This document shows positions 8,757 through 17,090 of a stretch of DNA of 64,000 nucleotides, piece after piece. Each line of letters starts with the position of its first letter. Positions within the stretch are counted from its first letter, which is position 1. A model generated the notes under the pieces. That model was not told the DNA's origin. It made no database searches and saw nothing but the letters and a program-made list of their open reading frames with translations. The DNA is from Acidobacteriota bacterium (GTDB lineage Bacteria > Acidobacteriota > UBA6911 > RPQK01 > JAJDTT01). The position numbers were made by a program, and so were the translations under genes. The stretch is from contig CBDCJH010000002.1 of assembly GCA_965217775.1 (NCBI GenBank), positions 5,696,001-5,760,000 of the forward strand, given 5' to 3'.

Positions 8757-10784
8757 TCACCGCGGCCCGGTGCGTCCGGCGACCACCGACTCCACCGCCA
8801 GAACCGCCACGGCGGCCAGCAGGAACAGCCACCAGAGAGGCTCTCTCGTGTCTGCCGCAGAGGCGTTCACGGAAACGCCGTCGCCGGCGGCCTGAGTTCC
8901 CGCCTGGAATCGGTCCAGCAGCTCGGCCACGGGCAGAGGCTGGATATCGGACTCGCTCGGATCGGGGTTGACCGCCACCCAGTCCGTCTTCTTGTCCCTT
9001 CTTATTTCATAGTGGCCCGGGAACTGCAAATCTATGGCGGCGGGCACGGAATGGTCCAGATCCACCACTCTCCGGCCCCTGGGATCCAGCACGTTCCACC
9101 GTGCGCTGCTCCCGGCTCCGGCCGCCGCCGGTTCCTCCTGGAACGCCAGCGATTGGTCGACTCGAAGGGCCGCTTCCGGTTGCCGGACCCCGCCCAGGTG
9201 CCGGACCAGGCTCTGCCAGAAGGGCAGGAACGCCGGACGCAGCGGAAAGTCGGACCAGACGCGGTCCAGGGGATAGGCGAGGACCAGGACTCTGCCGGCG
9301 CCGGCTTGTCCTTCCACCAGCGCCGGATCACCTTCGTCGAAGCGCCCGAGCACGCGGGAATCCTCCCTCGGCTCGAGTCTCCAATAACCGTAGAAACGGA
9401 CCGACGCCAGGGCCGTCCGTTGGAGGTCCTGGAAAATGGAGAAGGCGGGATGGCTCCAGTCCATCTGGGTGACGGAGGTGAAGGATCGTCCTCGGCCCCG
9501 GAGGAACCGGGGCTCGGCCAACCGGGCGGGGAAGATCCCGGTGCGATTGTACGCCCTGCCGTCGACCCGCTTGCCCGGGGCCAGGATGAGACCTCCTCCC
9601 GCTTCCAGGTAGCGGCTCAGCCGGTCGGAGCGGGGAGGTGTCCTCAGGTCATCCAGAATGACGACGGGGACCAGTTCCGGATCCAGTTCCCCGGTGTCGC
9701 GCGGGTCCGCGAATTCGGTCGCAAAGGGCAGGTTGCGGCCCGCCTTCAGGGCATTCCTCAGATAGACGGAGCCGGCCCCCTGATCCGAGAGGACCCGGAT
9801 TCGCCCGGGGGAGGTCCGCTCCACCACAAAGTGGAAGACGTTGTCCGCTTCCATGGCATCCTCGACGGCCAGCACCAGCCGCCCGCGAAAGATGCCCTCC
9901 TTGAGCTCGAAGGGTCGGAGAGTGACGGGCGCCGACCCCTCCTGGCCCATCTCGAAGGTCTGGCGATCCAGCATCCGGCCTTCGACGAAGAGTTGAAGCT
10001 CTCCGCGGGCGGGCCCCGGAGGCGCCGATCGAAGCTGAACCCGGACCGGCTGGGGATACCGCTCGGAGTAGACGAGCCGTTGCAGATTCGCTTCCTGGAT
10101 GAAGACGTTGGTGGAGGGTTCTCCCACGTCCTCTACCTCCAGGTGCACGTCGCCGTCCAGCGACCACTCCCGGTCCCGGGGCATGGCCGTCCGTTGCAGA
10201 TCGGTGATCAGGTAGATCTCCCGGCGTCCCGGCACCTCCTGGTCGAACTGTTGGGCCGCCGCCCGCAGTCCCTCCAGATACGAGGTGCTCTCGAAGGAGG
10301 GCTCCGCCCGGCTCTCCAGGATCCGGAGCAGCCTTCCGGAGCGGGATTCCCATGCCGAGAGGATGGCCGGTTTGGCCGCGAACAGAATCAGGCAGGCCTG
10401 GTCCGTCCCCTGCATCGACCGGAGTTTGGCGCGGGCCTTCTCCAGGGCTGGCTCCCAGACCCCGGGCCGGGCCATGCTCATGGAGTTGTCCAACAGCACC
10501 ACCATGGACCGGGAGACCTGCCCGCTGACGGCTCCGAACCACGCCAGATGGGTCACGGGCGAGGCGAAGGCCGCCACCAGCAGGAGCAGGCCGAGACAGC
10601 GCAGGAAGAGGAGCAGGAGGTAGCGCAGCTTGCGGCGCCGGTATTCCTGGATGGGAACCCGGCGCAGAAACATGAGCGAAGGGAAGAGCATGCGGTTTCT
10701 CTGGTCCCGGCGGACCAGATGCAGCAGGATGGGGCCGGCTATTGCCAGGGCGCCGAGCCAGAACAGGGGGGTCAGGAATTGCAT
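8757..10784 (-). CDS. BatA-domain / VWA membrane protein
   Basis: MQFLTPLFWLGALAIAGPILLHL..FPSLMFL..LLLFLR (BatA N-terminus); LLDNSMSM MIDAS; YLITD; C-terminal LWW..AVES TM. Confidence 0.88.
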   Translation of the reverse strand: MQFLTPLFWLGALAIAGPILLHLVRRDQRNRMLFPSLMFLRRVPIQEYRRRKLRYLLLLFLRCLGLLLLVAAFASPVTHLAWFGAVSGQVSRSMVVLLDNSMSMARPGVWEPALEKARAKLRSMQGTDQACLILFAAKPAILSAWESRSGRLLRILESRAEPSFESTSYLEGLRAAAQQFDQEVPGRREIYLITDLQRTAMPRDREWSLDGDVHLEVEDVGEPSTNVFIQEANLQRLVYSERYPQPVRVQLRSAPPGPARGELQLFVEGRMLDRQTFEMGQEGSAPVTLRPFELKEGIFRGRLVLAVEDAMEADNVFHFVVERTSPGRIRVLSDQGAGSVYLRNALKAGRNLPFATEFADPRDTGELDPELVPVVILDDLRTPPRSDRLSRYLEAGGGLILAPGKRVDGRAYNRTGIFPARLAEPRFLRGRGRSFTSVTQMDWSHPAFSIFQDLQRTALASVRFYGYWRLEPREDSRVLGRFDEGDPALVEGQAGAGRVLVLAYPLDRVWSDFPLRPAFLPFWQSLVRHLGGVRQPEAALRVDQSLAFQEEPAAAGAGSSARWNVLDPRGRRVVDLDHSVPAAIDLQFPGHYEIRRDKKTDWVAVNPDPSESDIQPLPVAELLDRFQAGTQAAGDGVSVNASAADTREPLWWLFLLAAVAVLAVESVVAGRTGPR

Positions 10785-10853
10785 GGTCCTCCGCGCTCAC
10801 AAACTTCCCCGCCGGCCGGGGTTTTTCCGAGCGTAAACCTCTCGCCCGTCTCC

Positions 10854-10886
10854 ACTCTATTCCTCTTTCCTCTTTTCTCTTTTCTC
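10854..10886 (-). repeat. Purine-rich heptamer tandem tract (GAGAAAA GAGAAAA GAGGAAA GAGGAAT)
   Basis: Directly after the DUF58 stop codon on the sense strand. Confidence 0.6.
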
Positions 10887-10891
10887 AGCCG

Positions 10892-11779
10892 TCAATATTT
10901 CCTCCGGCGAGCGACCAGGTAGGAGCGCAGCGCCCGATCCAGCGGCTCCCGGGTATTCAGCAACTGGTAGTCGATGAAGATGTCGCGGCACTCGCGCCGA
11001 AGCTCCCGGATATGGTTCTCCAACAGGTCCAGATAGGCCCGCCGCGAGTCGCCGGGAACGTAGGGGAGGTGTTCCCCCGTCTCCAGGTCTTCGAGGGTTC
11101 TCACGGCCTCCAGCGGCAGTTCCAGCTCGACCGGGTCCAGCACATGGAAAAGAACCACGTCGTTGCCCCGGTGGTGCAGGTAGTGGAGCGCCCGGGAGAG
11201 GGAGTCGACGTCCTGATAGAAGTCGCTGATCAGCACCACCATGCTCCGTTTGCGGATGAAGCGGGAGACCTGGCCCAGCGATTCGGTGATCTGGCTCCGT
11301 CCACCCGGTTGGAGCCGCTCCAAGAGGTGGAGAAGGGAAAGGAAATGCCGGTACTGGGCTCGAGGCGGCACCGCCTCCAGGACCTCCGAATCGAAGACGG
11401 CCAACCCGGTGGCGTCGTTCTGGCGGACGGCAAGATAGGCCAGCGAAGCCGCCAGGAAACGGGCGTAGTCCAACTTGGACAGACCGCTACCGGCGAATGA
11501 CATGCTTCGGCTGCTGTCCAGAATGATGTGCAATTGGGTGTTGGTGTCTCCTTCGTACTTCTTCACGTAGAAGCGGTCGGTCCTCCCGTAGACTTTCCAG
11601 TCCACCGTCCGGATGTCGTCTCCCGGCGCATACTGCCGGTACTCGGCGAAATCGAGACTGAACCCGTGGTAGGGAGAACGGTGCATCCCCAGGATGAACC
11701 CTTCCACCACGGTCTTGGCCACGAGCTGCAGATTGCCAAGTTTGGCCAGCAGGGTCGGATCGATGAATCTGGCTTGCAT
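10892..11779 (-). CDS. DUF58 (VWA-related) protein
   Basis: GMHRSPYHGFSLDFAEYRQYAPGDDIRTVDWKVYGRTDR; LDSSRSM; ISDF. Confidence 0.93.
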   Translation of the reverse strand: MQARFIDPTLLAKLGNLQLVAKTVVEGFILGMHRSPYHGFSLDFAEYRQYAPGDDIRTVDWKVYGRTDRFYVKKYEGDTNTQLHIILDSSRSMSFAGSGLSKLDYARFLAASLAYLAVRQNDATGLAVFDSEVLEAVPPRAQYRHFLSLLHLLERLQPGGRSQITESLGQVSRFIRKRSMVVLISDFYQDVDSLSRALHYLHHRGNDVVLFHVLDPVELELPLEAVRTLEDLETGEHLPYVPGDSRRAYLDLLENHIRELRRECRDIFIDYQLLNTREPLDRALRSYLVARRRKY

Positions 11780-11806
11780 CGCTTCCTGGTTGAATTCCTC
11801 AGCGGA

Positions 11807-12832
11807 TCATAGTCCGGAGCTGGGAGGAGGAACCCCCTCCAGGAGGCGCTGGACGATCTGGTCGGGGGTCACGTTTTCCGACTCGGCATGGAAGTTGATC
11901 AGGATCCGGTGGCGGAAGACCGAGAGGGCCAGCTCCCGGACGTCCTCGTAGGAGACGTGATAGCGGCCCTTCATCAGGGCTCGGGCCCTCCCTCCCAGAA
12001 TCAGATACTGGGAAGCCCGGAGGCTGGCGCCGTAGCTGACCCAGTTGCGAACGAAGTCGGGGGCCAGTTCGTCCCCGGGACGAGTGCTGCGGACCAGGCG
12101 GACCGCGTAGCGGCTGACCGACTCCGAGGCCGGAACCTTGCGCACCAGCCGCTGGAAGCGAAGGATTTCCTCCCCCGTGACGGCCTGCCGGACCTCCTCC
12201 TCTCCCTCCCCGGTGGTCTGGAGAACCACCTGGATCTCTTCTTCCTCATTCAGATAGCCGATGTGGATGTTGAACATGAAGCGGTCCAACTGGGCCTCCG
12301 GAAGCGGGTACGTCCCCTCCAGCTCGATGGGGTTCTGGGTGGCCAGCACGAAGAACGGCAGATCCAGTTCGTGGGTGATGCCCCGGATCGTGACCCTTCG
12401 TTCCTGCATGGCCTCCAACAGGGCCGCCTGGGTCTTGGGAGGCGTCCGGTTGATCTCGTCGGCCAGGAGAAGATTGGTGAAGACCGGACCCGGAACGAAC
12501 TCCAGCACCCGCTTCCCGGTGGCGCGGTCCTCCTCGATGATCTCGGTTCCGGTGATGTCCGAAGGCATGAGATCGGGCGTGAACTGAATGCGGCTGAAGG
12601 AGAGGCCCAGGGTCTTGGCGATGCTGCGCACCAGCAGGGTCTTGGCCAGGCCGGGCAGGCCGGTGATGAGGGAGTGGCCTCCCACGTAGAGGGAGATGAG
12701 CACCTCCTCGATCACCTTCTCCTGTCCCACGATGGCCTTGCGCAGCTCCGTCAGGATGCGGGCCTGCGAGTCCCTCATGGAATCGATCAGCTCGGCGGTG
12801 GAAACCTCCGATGGGCGGTCCTTTTCGTTCAT
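11807..12832 (-). CDS. MoxR family AAA+ ATPase
   Basis: GLPGLAKT Walker A; RIQFTPDLMPSDITG; LADEINRTPPKTQAALLEAMQE; ATQNPIELEGTYPLPEAQLDRF. Confidence 0.95.
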   Translation of the reverse strand: MNEKDRPSEVSTAELIDSMRDSQARILTELRKAIVGQEKVIEEVLISLYVGGHSLITGLPGLAKTLLVRSIAKTLGLSFSRIQFTPDLMPSDITGTEIIEEDRATGKRVLEFVPGPVFTNLLLADEINRTPPKTQAALLEAMQERRVTIRGITHELDLPFFVLATQNPIELEGTYPLPEAQLDRFMFNIHIGYLNEEEEIQVVLQTTGEGEEEVRQAVTGEEILRFQRLVRKVPASESVSRYAVRLVRSTRPGDELAPDFVRNWVSYGASLRASQYLILGGRARALMKGRYHVSYEDVRELALSVFRHRILINFHAESENVTPDQIVQRLLEGVPPPSSGL

Positions 12833-12856
12833 GGTCGGTCCTCTGCCGTCCCGCGC

Positions 12857-13597
12857 TCAGTGCGTGAGGGCGTATACGAAATAGTTGATTCCGAATCTGT
12901 AGGCCTCGTTCGAAGCGCTGATGGGGACCAGCGACTCGTCGGACCACTCCCAGTAGTCTCCGATGTCGTTGTTGAAATTGGCTACGGCCAGAAGCCGCCC
13001 GTCCTCGTCCGACAGGCCGTAGAAACCAGGCTTACCCGGGACGTTGTAGGGCGGCAGCATGTCCAGGCTGTCGATGTCGTAGAAACAGTGAAACACCGGA
13101 TGATCCGTCGTCAGCTCCTCGAAGCCGCGCTCCGGGTACACCTGCTGCATGCAGGACGTGAAATTGTGCCAGTCCCCGGCGCCGCGAAAGTCGTCGAAGA
13201 TGACGAAGCCTCCGCGCAGCAGGTATTCGCGGAGATTGGCCACCTCCTCGCCGGTGATGTTCCAGTAGCCCGGCTCGCTCACGTACAGGGCCGGGTAGTT
13301 CATGATGCGCGGGTCGTTCAGGTCCAGCACCAGGTAGGATTCGGGCGTGGTCTCGATTCCCGTCAACTCCATGAAGATCTTCAGGAAGTTCTGCTCGGCC
13401 CGCGGGTAATCGTGCATCCAGGGGGGGACCCATCGTCCTCGCCCTCCGCCCCAACTCGAGACGAATCCGTTGTAGCGGATCCGCACGAACTGAAAGAGGG
13501 TGGAGTCGTTGGGCTCGGGATCCGCGGACACCTCCGGTCCATAGCTCAGGAGCAGCGGCGCGGCCAGCAGCAGAACCCAGGGCAGGTGTCGCTTCAT
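12857..13597 (-). CDS. DUF4159 domain secreted protein
   Basis: Signal peptide; FQFVRIRY, DYPRAEQNF, LREYLLRGGF..DDF, NNDIGDYWEW, GINYFVYALTH. Confidence 0.85.
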   Translation of the reverse strand: MKRHLPWVLLLAAPLLLSYGPEVSADPEPNDSTLFQFVRIRYNGFVSSWGGGRGRWVPPWMHDYPRAEQNFLKIFMELTGIETTPESYLVLDLNDPRIMNYPALYVSEPGYWNITGEEVANLREYLLRGGFVIFDDFRGAGDWHNFTSCMQQVYPERGFEELTTDHPVFHCFYDIDSLDMLPPYNVPGKPGFYGLSDEDGRLLAVANFNNDIGDYWEWSDESLVPISASNEAYRFGINYFVYALTH

Positions 13598-16038
13598 CTT
13601 CGCACCAGCTCCAGCAGGAACTTCTGGGCGTCCCGGTAACCGGGGGCGATCTCCAGGGCCAGCAGCACCTGGCGGCGGGCTTGAGCCGTATCGCCGGCCA
13701 GGTCCAGCGCGCGCGCCAACTGGTAGTGGGCGTCCGCCGTGTCCAGCGGCGACAACTCCAGCAGCACCCGGTATTCCTCCGCCGCTTCCGTTCCCCTTCC
13801 CAGTTGCAGGTAAAGACGACCCAGCAGCCGGTGAGCCTCGGGGTTCAGAGTATCGGCATAGAGGACCTCTTCCAACCCGCGGACCGCCGGTTCCACCTGA
13901 TTTTCCGCAGCCAGCAGCCGCGCCAGATCGAGGCCGTTTTCCGCCAGTTGCGGAGCCGCCCCGAACCACTGGTCCAGGATCCGGATCAGCTTGGCGGTGT
14001 CGCCGCTCCTCCGGTGAATTCGGGCCAGCAGAGAGTAGGGGCTCTCCGCAGTGGCGAAGTCGGGAAAGGTTGCTATCGCCCGTTCCAGAAAGGGCACGGC
14101 CTCGTCACTCCTTCCGGCCTCGTCCAGAGTCTCGCCCAGGGCCAGGTTCAGGAAGTAATTCTCCTTGTCCTGGCTCGCCGCCTCCAGCAGAGATTTCAGA
14201 TATTCGTCGCGAGACTGGCTCTTGCCCCGCCCCCTCAGGACCGCCGGAGGCTCCAGCCGGGGAATAAGCGGTTTCAGGGTTCGGTCCAGCTCTTTCAGAA
14301 AATCCCCGTCGAAGTCGGCTGGAGAGATCCCCAACGCATCCTGGAAGGACTCTTCCAGGTCGAGCCCACGCGAAAAGCTCTCCACCAGCGCCCGCACTTT
14401 TTCGGTCCCGTGGCGGTCCTCCAGATACCGGGCCACCAATCCGGCCTGAAGATAGCTGATCTGCAGGTGCTCGCGAGTCCGGGGACTCTCGAATCCCTTG
14501 TTGAGATCTTTCAGGGGGGCGATCTCTCCCCGTTCGTAGGCTCTCACCAGGGAAGGGCTCAGGCCATCGCCCCAGCCGGGTCCCGCGAGGCGCTCCTCCA
14601 TCATGGAGATCCCTTCGGTGAGCCAACGGGGCACCCGGTCCCGGCTCAGCGAGAGGATGACGACGTGGGCCATCTCGTGCCACAGCGTCGATCCCCAGTG
14701 ATAGGTTCCCTTGGGGCGCGCCGAGGGGGAGTCCATGGCCAGGATGCGGCCGAACGTGGCTCCGAAAGCGCCCAGTCCCGGAAGGCCCAGCGCGCGCACG
14801 GCGAAGTCTTCGTGGTCCGGATAGAACTCGACCAGGAACTTGTGGCCGACCCGGTGCCGGTACTTCTCCTCCAGGAACGAAATGCTCCGGTCCAGAAGCC
14901 GCCTCACGTAGGGCTCCAGGGCTCCGGCCTCCTTCCCGTGCAGCCGGAGCCAATACCGGGGCGTCTCGCGGCGGACGAACCGGTCGAAGCTGTCCACCAG
15001 GCGTAGCGTGTTGACGGTGGAGACGTTGTAGGGGTCGTTTTCGTAGGCCCGCTCCAGGACCTCTTTGCCCTCCTCCTCCCGGGCCATTCTCAACAGGTTG
15101 ACCCCCAGGGAGGCGAGAGCCGGCCATTCTCTGGGATTTCTCCGCACGGCCTCCCGGTAGTAGCCGATGGCTTCGTCCATGCGGCGCCGGAGGGCGGCGA
15201 AATCTCCCATGATCCGGTACAGGTTCCCGTTGCGGGGATTGATCTCCAGGAGTTTCTCAAGGCGTTCCTCGAAACGCTCCTTCTTCTCCTGGAAATGGAG
15301 CAGGACGCATTCGAGCTCCAGCAGGGGGACGTAGTCGGGGTTCCCATCGAGTCCCCTTTCGATCCAGTCATGGGCTTCCTTCCAATCGCCGGCCTCCATG
15401 GCCAGCAACCCCTTGAGAACGTGTCCGTCCAAGTTCCCCGGGTTCTCCTTGAGGGCGTGGGCCAAGGCCACGTCCACCCCGGTCATCTGCTGGGCCTTGA
15501 GGGCGCGCGCCACCCCAAGTCGAGCGTCGTCGGTTCCCCAGCGGGACCACCCGTCCGGCGGAGAGGCCTTGAGCCCGTCCCGGAAAATGGACTCGGCCTC
15601 GGCGCCGTTGTGTTTCTTCAGGTACAGGTTGCCCCAGTCCACGAACACCCAGAGGGGCGCCTCGGAGCCCCGTGTCGCTTCCAGGTAGATTTGGTTGGCC
15701 CGCTTCCATTGCTCCAATTGCCGGGCCGCGTAGGCGGCCTCCGCGATCTCCCCCGGGGATCGAAGAGCGCCCAAATCGTAGAGATCGAGCAGGCGTCCGG
15801 CGAGGCGCCGCACACCCTCTTCGTCTCCGCCGCGCTCCGCGAGCTCCAGCCGGAGCCGCAAGACGTGGGGGTTCCGGTGTCCGGCGGTCGAGAGCCGCTC
15901 CAGCGCGGCCGGGTACGATCCCGCCGCCATCAGCTCCAGGACCTCGTCCAGCGGGGCGGGCGACTCCTGCCGGAAACCGGCCGCCGCCAGCAGTCCTAGC
16001 AGGAGAAGGACTCGAGATCGGCCGAAAAATCCGGTCAA
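13594..16038 (-). CDS. TPR-repeat protein with central gluzincin (peptidase MA-like) domain
   Basis: Signal peptide; multiple TPRs; TLWHEMAHV followed by PRWLTEG (HExxH-18-E). Confidence 0.85.
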   Translation of the reverse strand: MTGFFGRSRVLLLLGLLAAAGFRQESPAPLDEVLELMAAGSYPAALERLSTAGHRNPHVLRLRLELAERGGDEEGVRRLAGRLLDLYDLGALRSPGEIAEAAYAARQLEQWKRANQIYLEATRGSEAPLWVFVDWGNLYLKKHNGAEAESIFRDGLKASPPDGWSRWGTDDARLGVARALKAQQMTGVDVALAHALKENPGNLDGHVLKGLLAMEAGDWKEAHDWIERGLDGNPDYVPLLELECVLLHFQEKKERFEERLEKLLEINPRNGNLYRIMGDFAALRRRMDEAIGYYREAVRRNPREWPALASLGVNLLRMAREEEGKEVLERAYENDPYNVSTVNTLRLVDSFDRFVRRETPRYWLRLHGKEAGALEPYVRRLLDRSISFLEEKYRHRVGHKFLVEFYPDHEDFAVRALGLPGLGAFGATFGRILAMDSPSARPKGTYHWGSTLWHEMAHVVILSLSRDRVPRWLTEGISMMEERLAGPGWGDGLSPSLVRAYERGEIAPLKDLNKGFESPRTREHLQISYLQAGLVARYLEDRHGTEKVRALVESFSRGLDLEESFQDALGISPADFDGDFLKELDRTLKPLIPRLEPPAVLRGRGKSQSRDEYLKSLLEAASQDKENYFLNLALGETLDEAGRSDEAVPFLERAIATFPDFATAESPYSLLARIHRRSGDTAKLIRILDQWFGAAPQLAENGLDLARLLAAENQVEPAVRGLEEVLYADTLNPEAHRLLGRLYLQLGRGTEAAEEYRVLLELSPLDTADAHYQLARALDLAGDTAQARRQVLLALEIAPGYRDAQKFLLELVRR

Positions 16039-17084
16039 GGCTGGACCTCCTCTGCGGCGGCGCCTTCCGTCTCCTCCTCGCCGGCGGCCAGCTCCACCAT
16101 CAACGCTTCGAGTCTCCGGTAGTATTCCTCCTCCGTAAACTCTCCCTTTCGCAGCTTGAGTTCGTCGATCTGCTGCTGGATCCGGGTCCGGGTCTCGGCC
16201 CGGCTCTGTCCCTCCGGAAGCGAAGCCGGCCCGCTCGCCGGGTCCAGGTAGCAGACGGCCGCCAGCAATCCGGTTCCCTGCCGGACCTCTGCCCGCGAAT
16301 CGTCGTCCCCCTTGGCCAGTTGAAACCGGGCGGAGTCGTCCAGGATGGCGTGTTCGGTCTGGATCCGGCCCGCTTCCTCGAACCAGTCGCTCACCTTTCG
16401 GCGACTGTACAGAAAGGCCTCCAACAGTGACACGCGGTCGTTCTTGTCCCGGTCGGCTTCTTGCGCTGCCGGGGCTTCGGCGAAGAAACGGGGGAACAGG
16501 GGAGGTTGCCGCTCACGCTCCCGGGTCGCGGCCACCACCACCCGATTGGGGCCTCTCAGAGCCGGGACCAGGGCGCCGGCCGAGCTGGTCCCCGCGACGA
16601 CCACGGCTCTGGGGCCGTCCAGTCCCTCCAAGAGCCGTGCCAGGTCCTGGTCCGTGAGGTCGGGACCCTTGATGTTGAACTTGTACCGCCGGCCGTCGTA
16701 GTTGCCGTGTCCGACCAGGATCAGCCACCACTCGCCGCCGGCGGAGAGCTTGCCCACTTCCTCCCGGGCGGTCCGGAGGATCTCCTCCCGGGTCCGGACG
16801 TTCCCGTCGATCCGCAGCACCCGGGAAGTGCCGCCCTGAAACGCTTCCTCCAGACGAGTTGCCCAATCGGCGAAATTGGCCCCGTATTCCGGCATTCCGG
16901 CGAGTCCCGTGACGATGAGGCTGATGCGTTCGAGGCTCTCTCCCCGGGTTGGAGAGGAGCAGAGCATCATCGTCCAGAGCAAGGCCGCGAGTCTGAGGTT
17001 GAAGAGACTCCGGGACCGGAGCCGGACCGCGCCGCCTCCGGTAACGGGTCTCGGGAACGTCTTCCGTGGAGTTGATCTGGCCAC
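16035..17084 (-). CDS. Secreted hypothetical protein with caspase/C13-like alpha/beta fold (start uncertain)
   Basis: LILVGHG, VVVAAT, DRDKNDRVSLLEAF.Y, TEHAILDD; the expected catalytic Cys is not evident (GTSSAG). Confidence 0.55.
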   Translation of the reverse strand: MARSTPRKTFPRPVTGGGAVRLRSRSLFNLRLAALLWTMMLCSSPTRGESLERISLIVTGLAGMPEYGANFADWATRLEEAFQGGTSRVLRIDGNVRTREEILRTAREEVGKLSAGGEWWLILVGHGNYDGRRYKFNIKGPDLTDQDLARLLEGLDGPRAVVVAGTSSAGALVPALRGPNRVVVAATRERERQPPLFPRFFAEAPAAQEADRDKNDRVSLLEAFLYSRRKVSDWFEEAGRIQTEHAILDDSARFQLAKGDDDSRAEVRQGTGLLAAVCYLDPASGPASLPEGQSRAETRTRIQQQIDELKLRKGEFTEEEYYRRLEALMVELAAGEEETEGAAAEEVQP

Positions 17085-17090
17085 TGCTGC

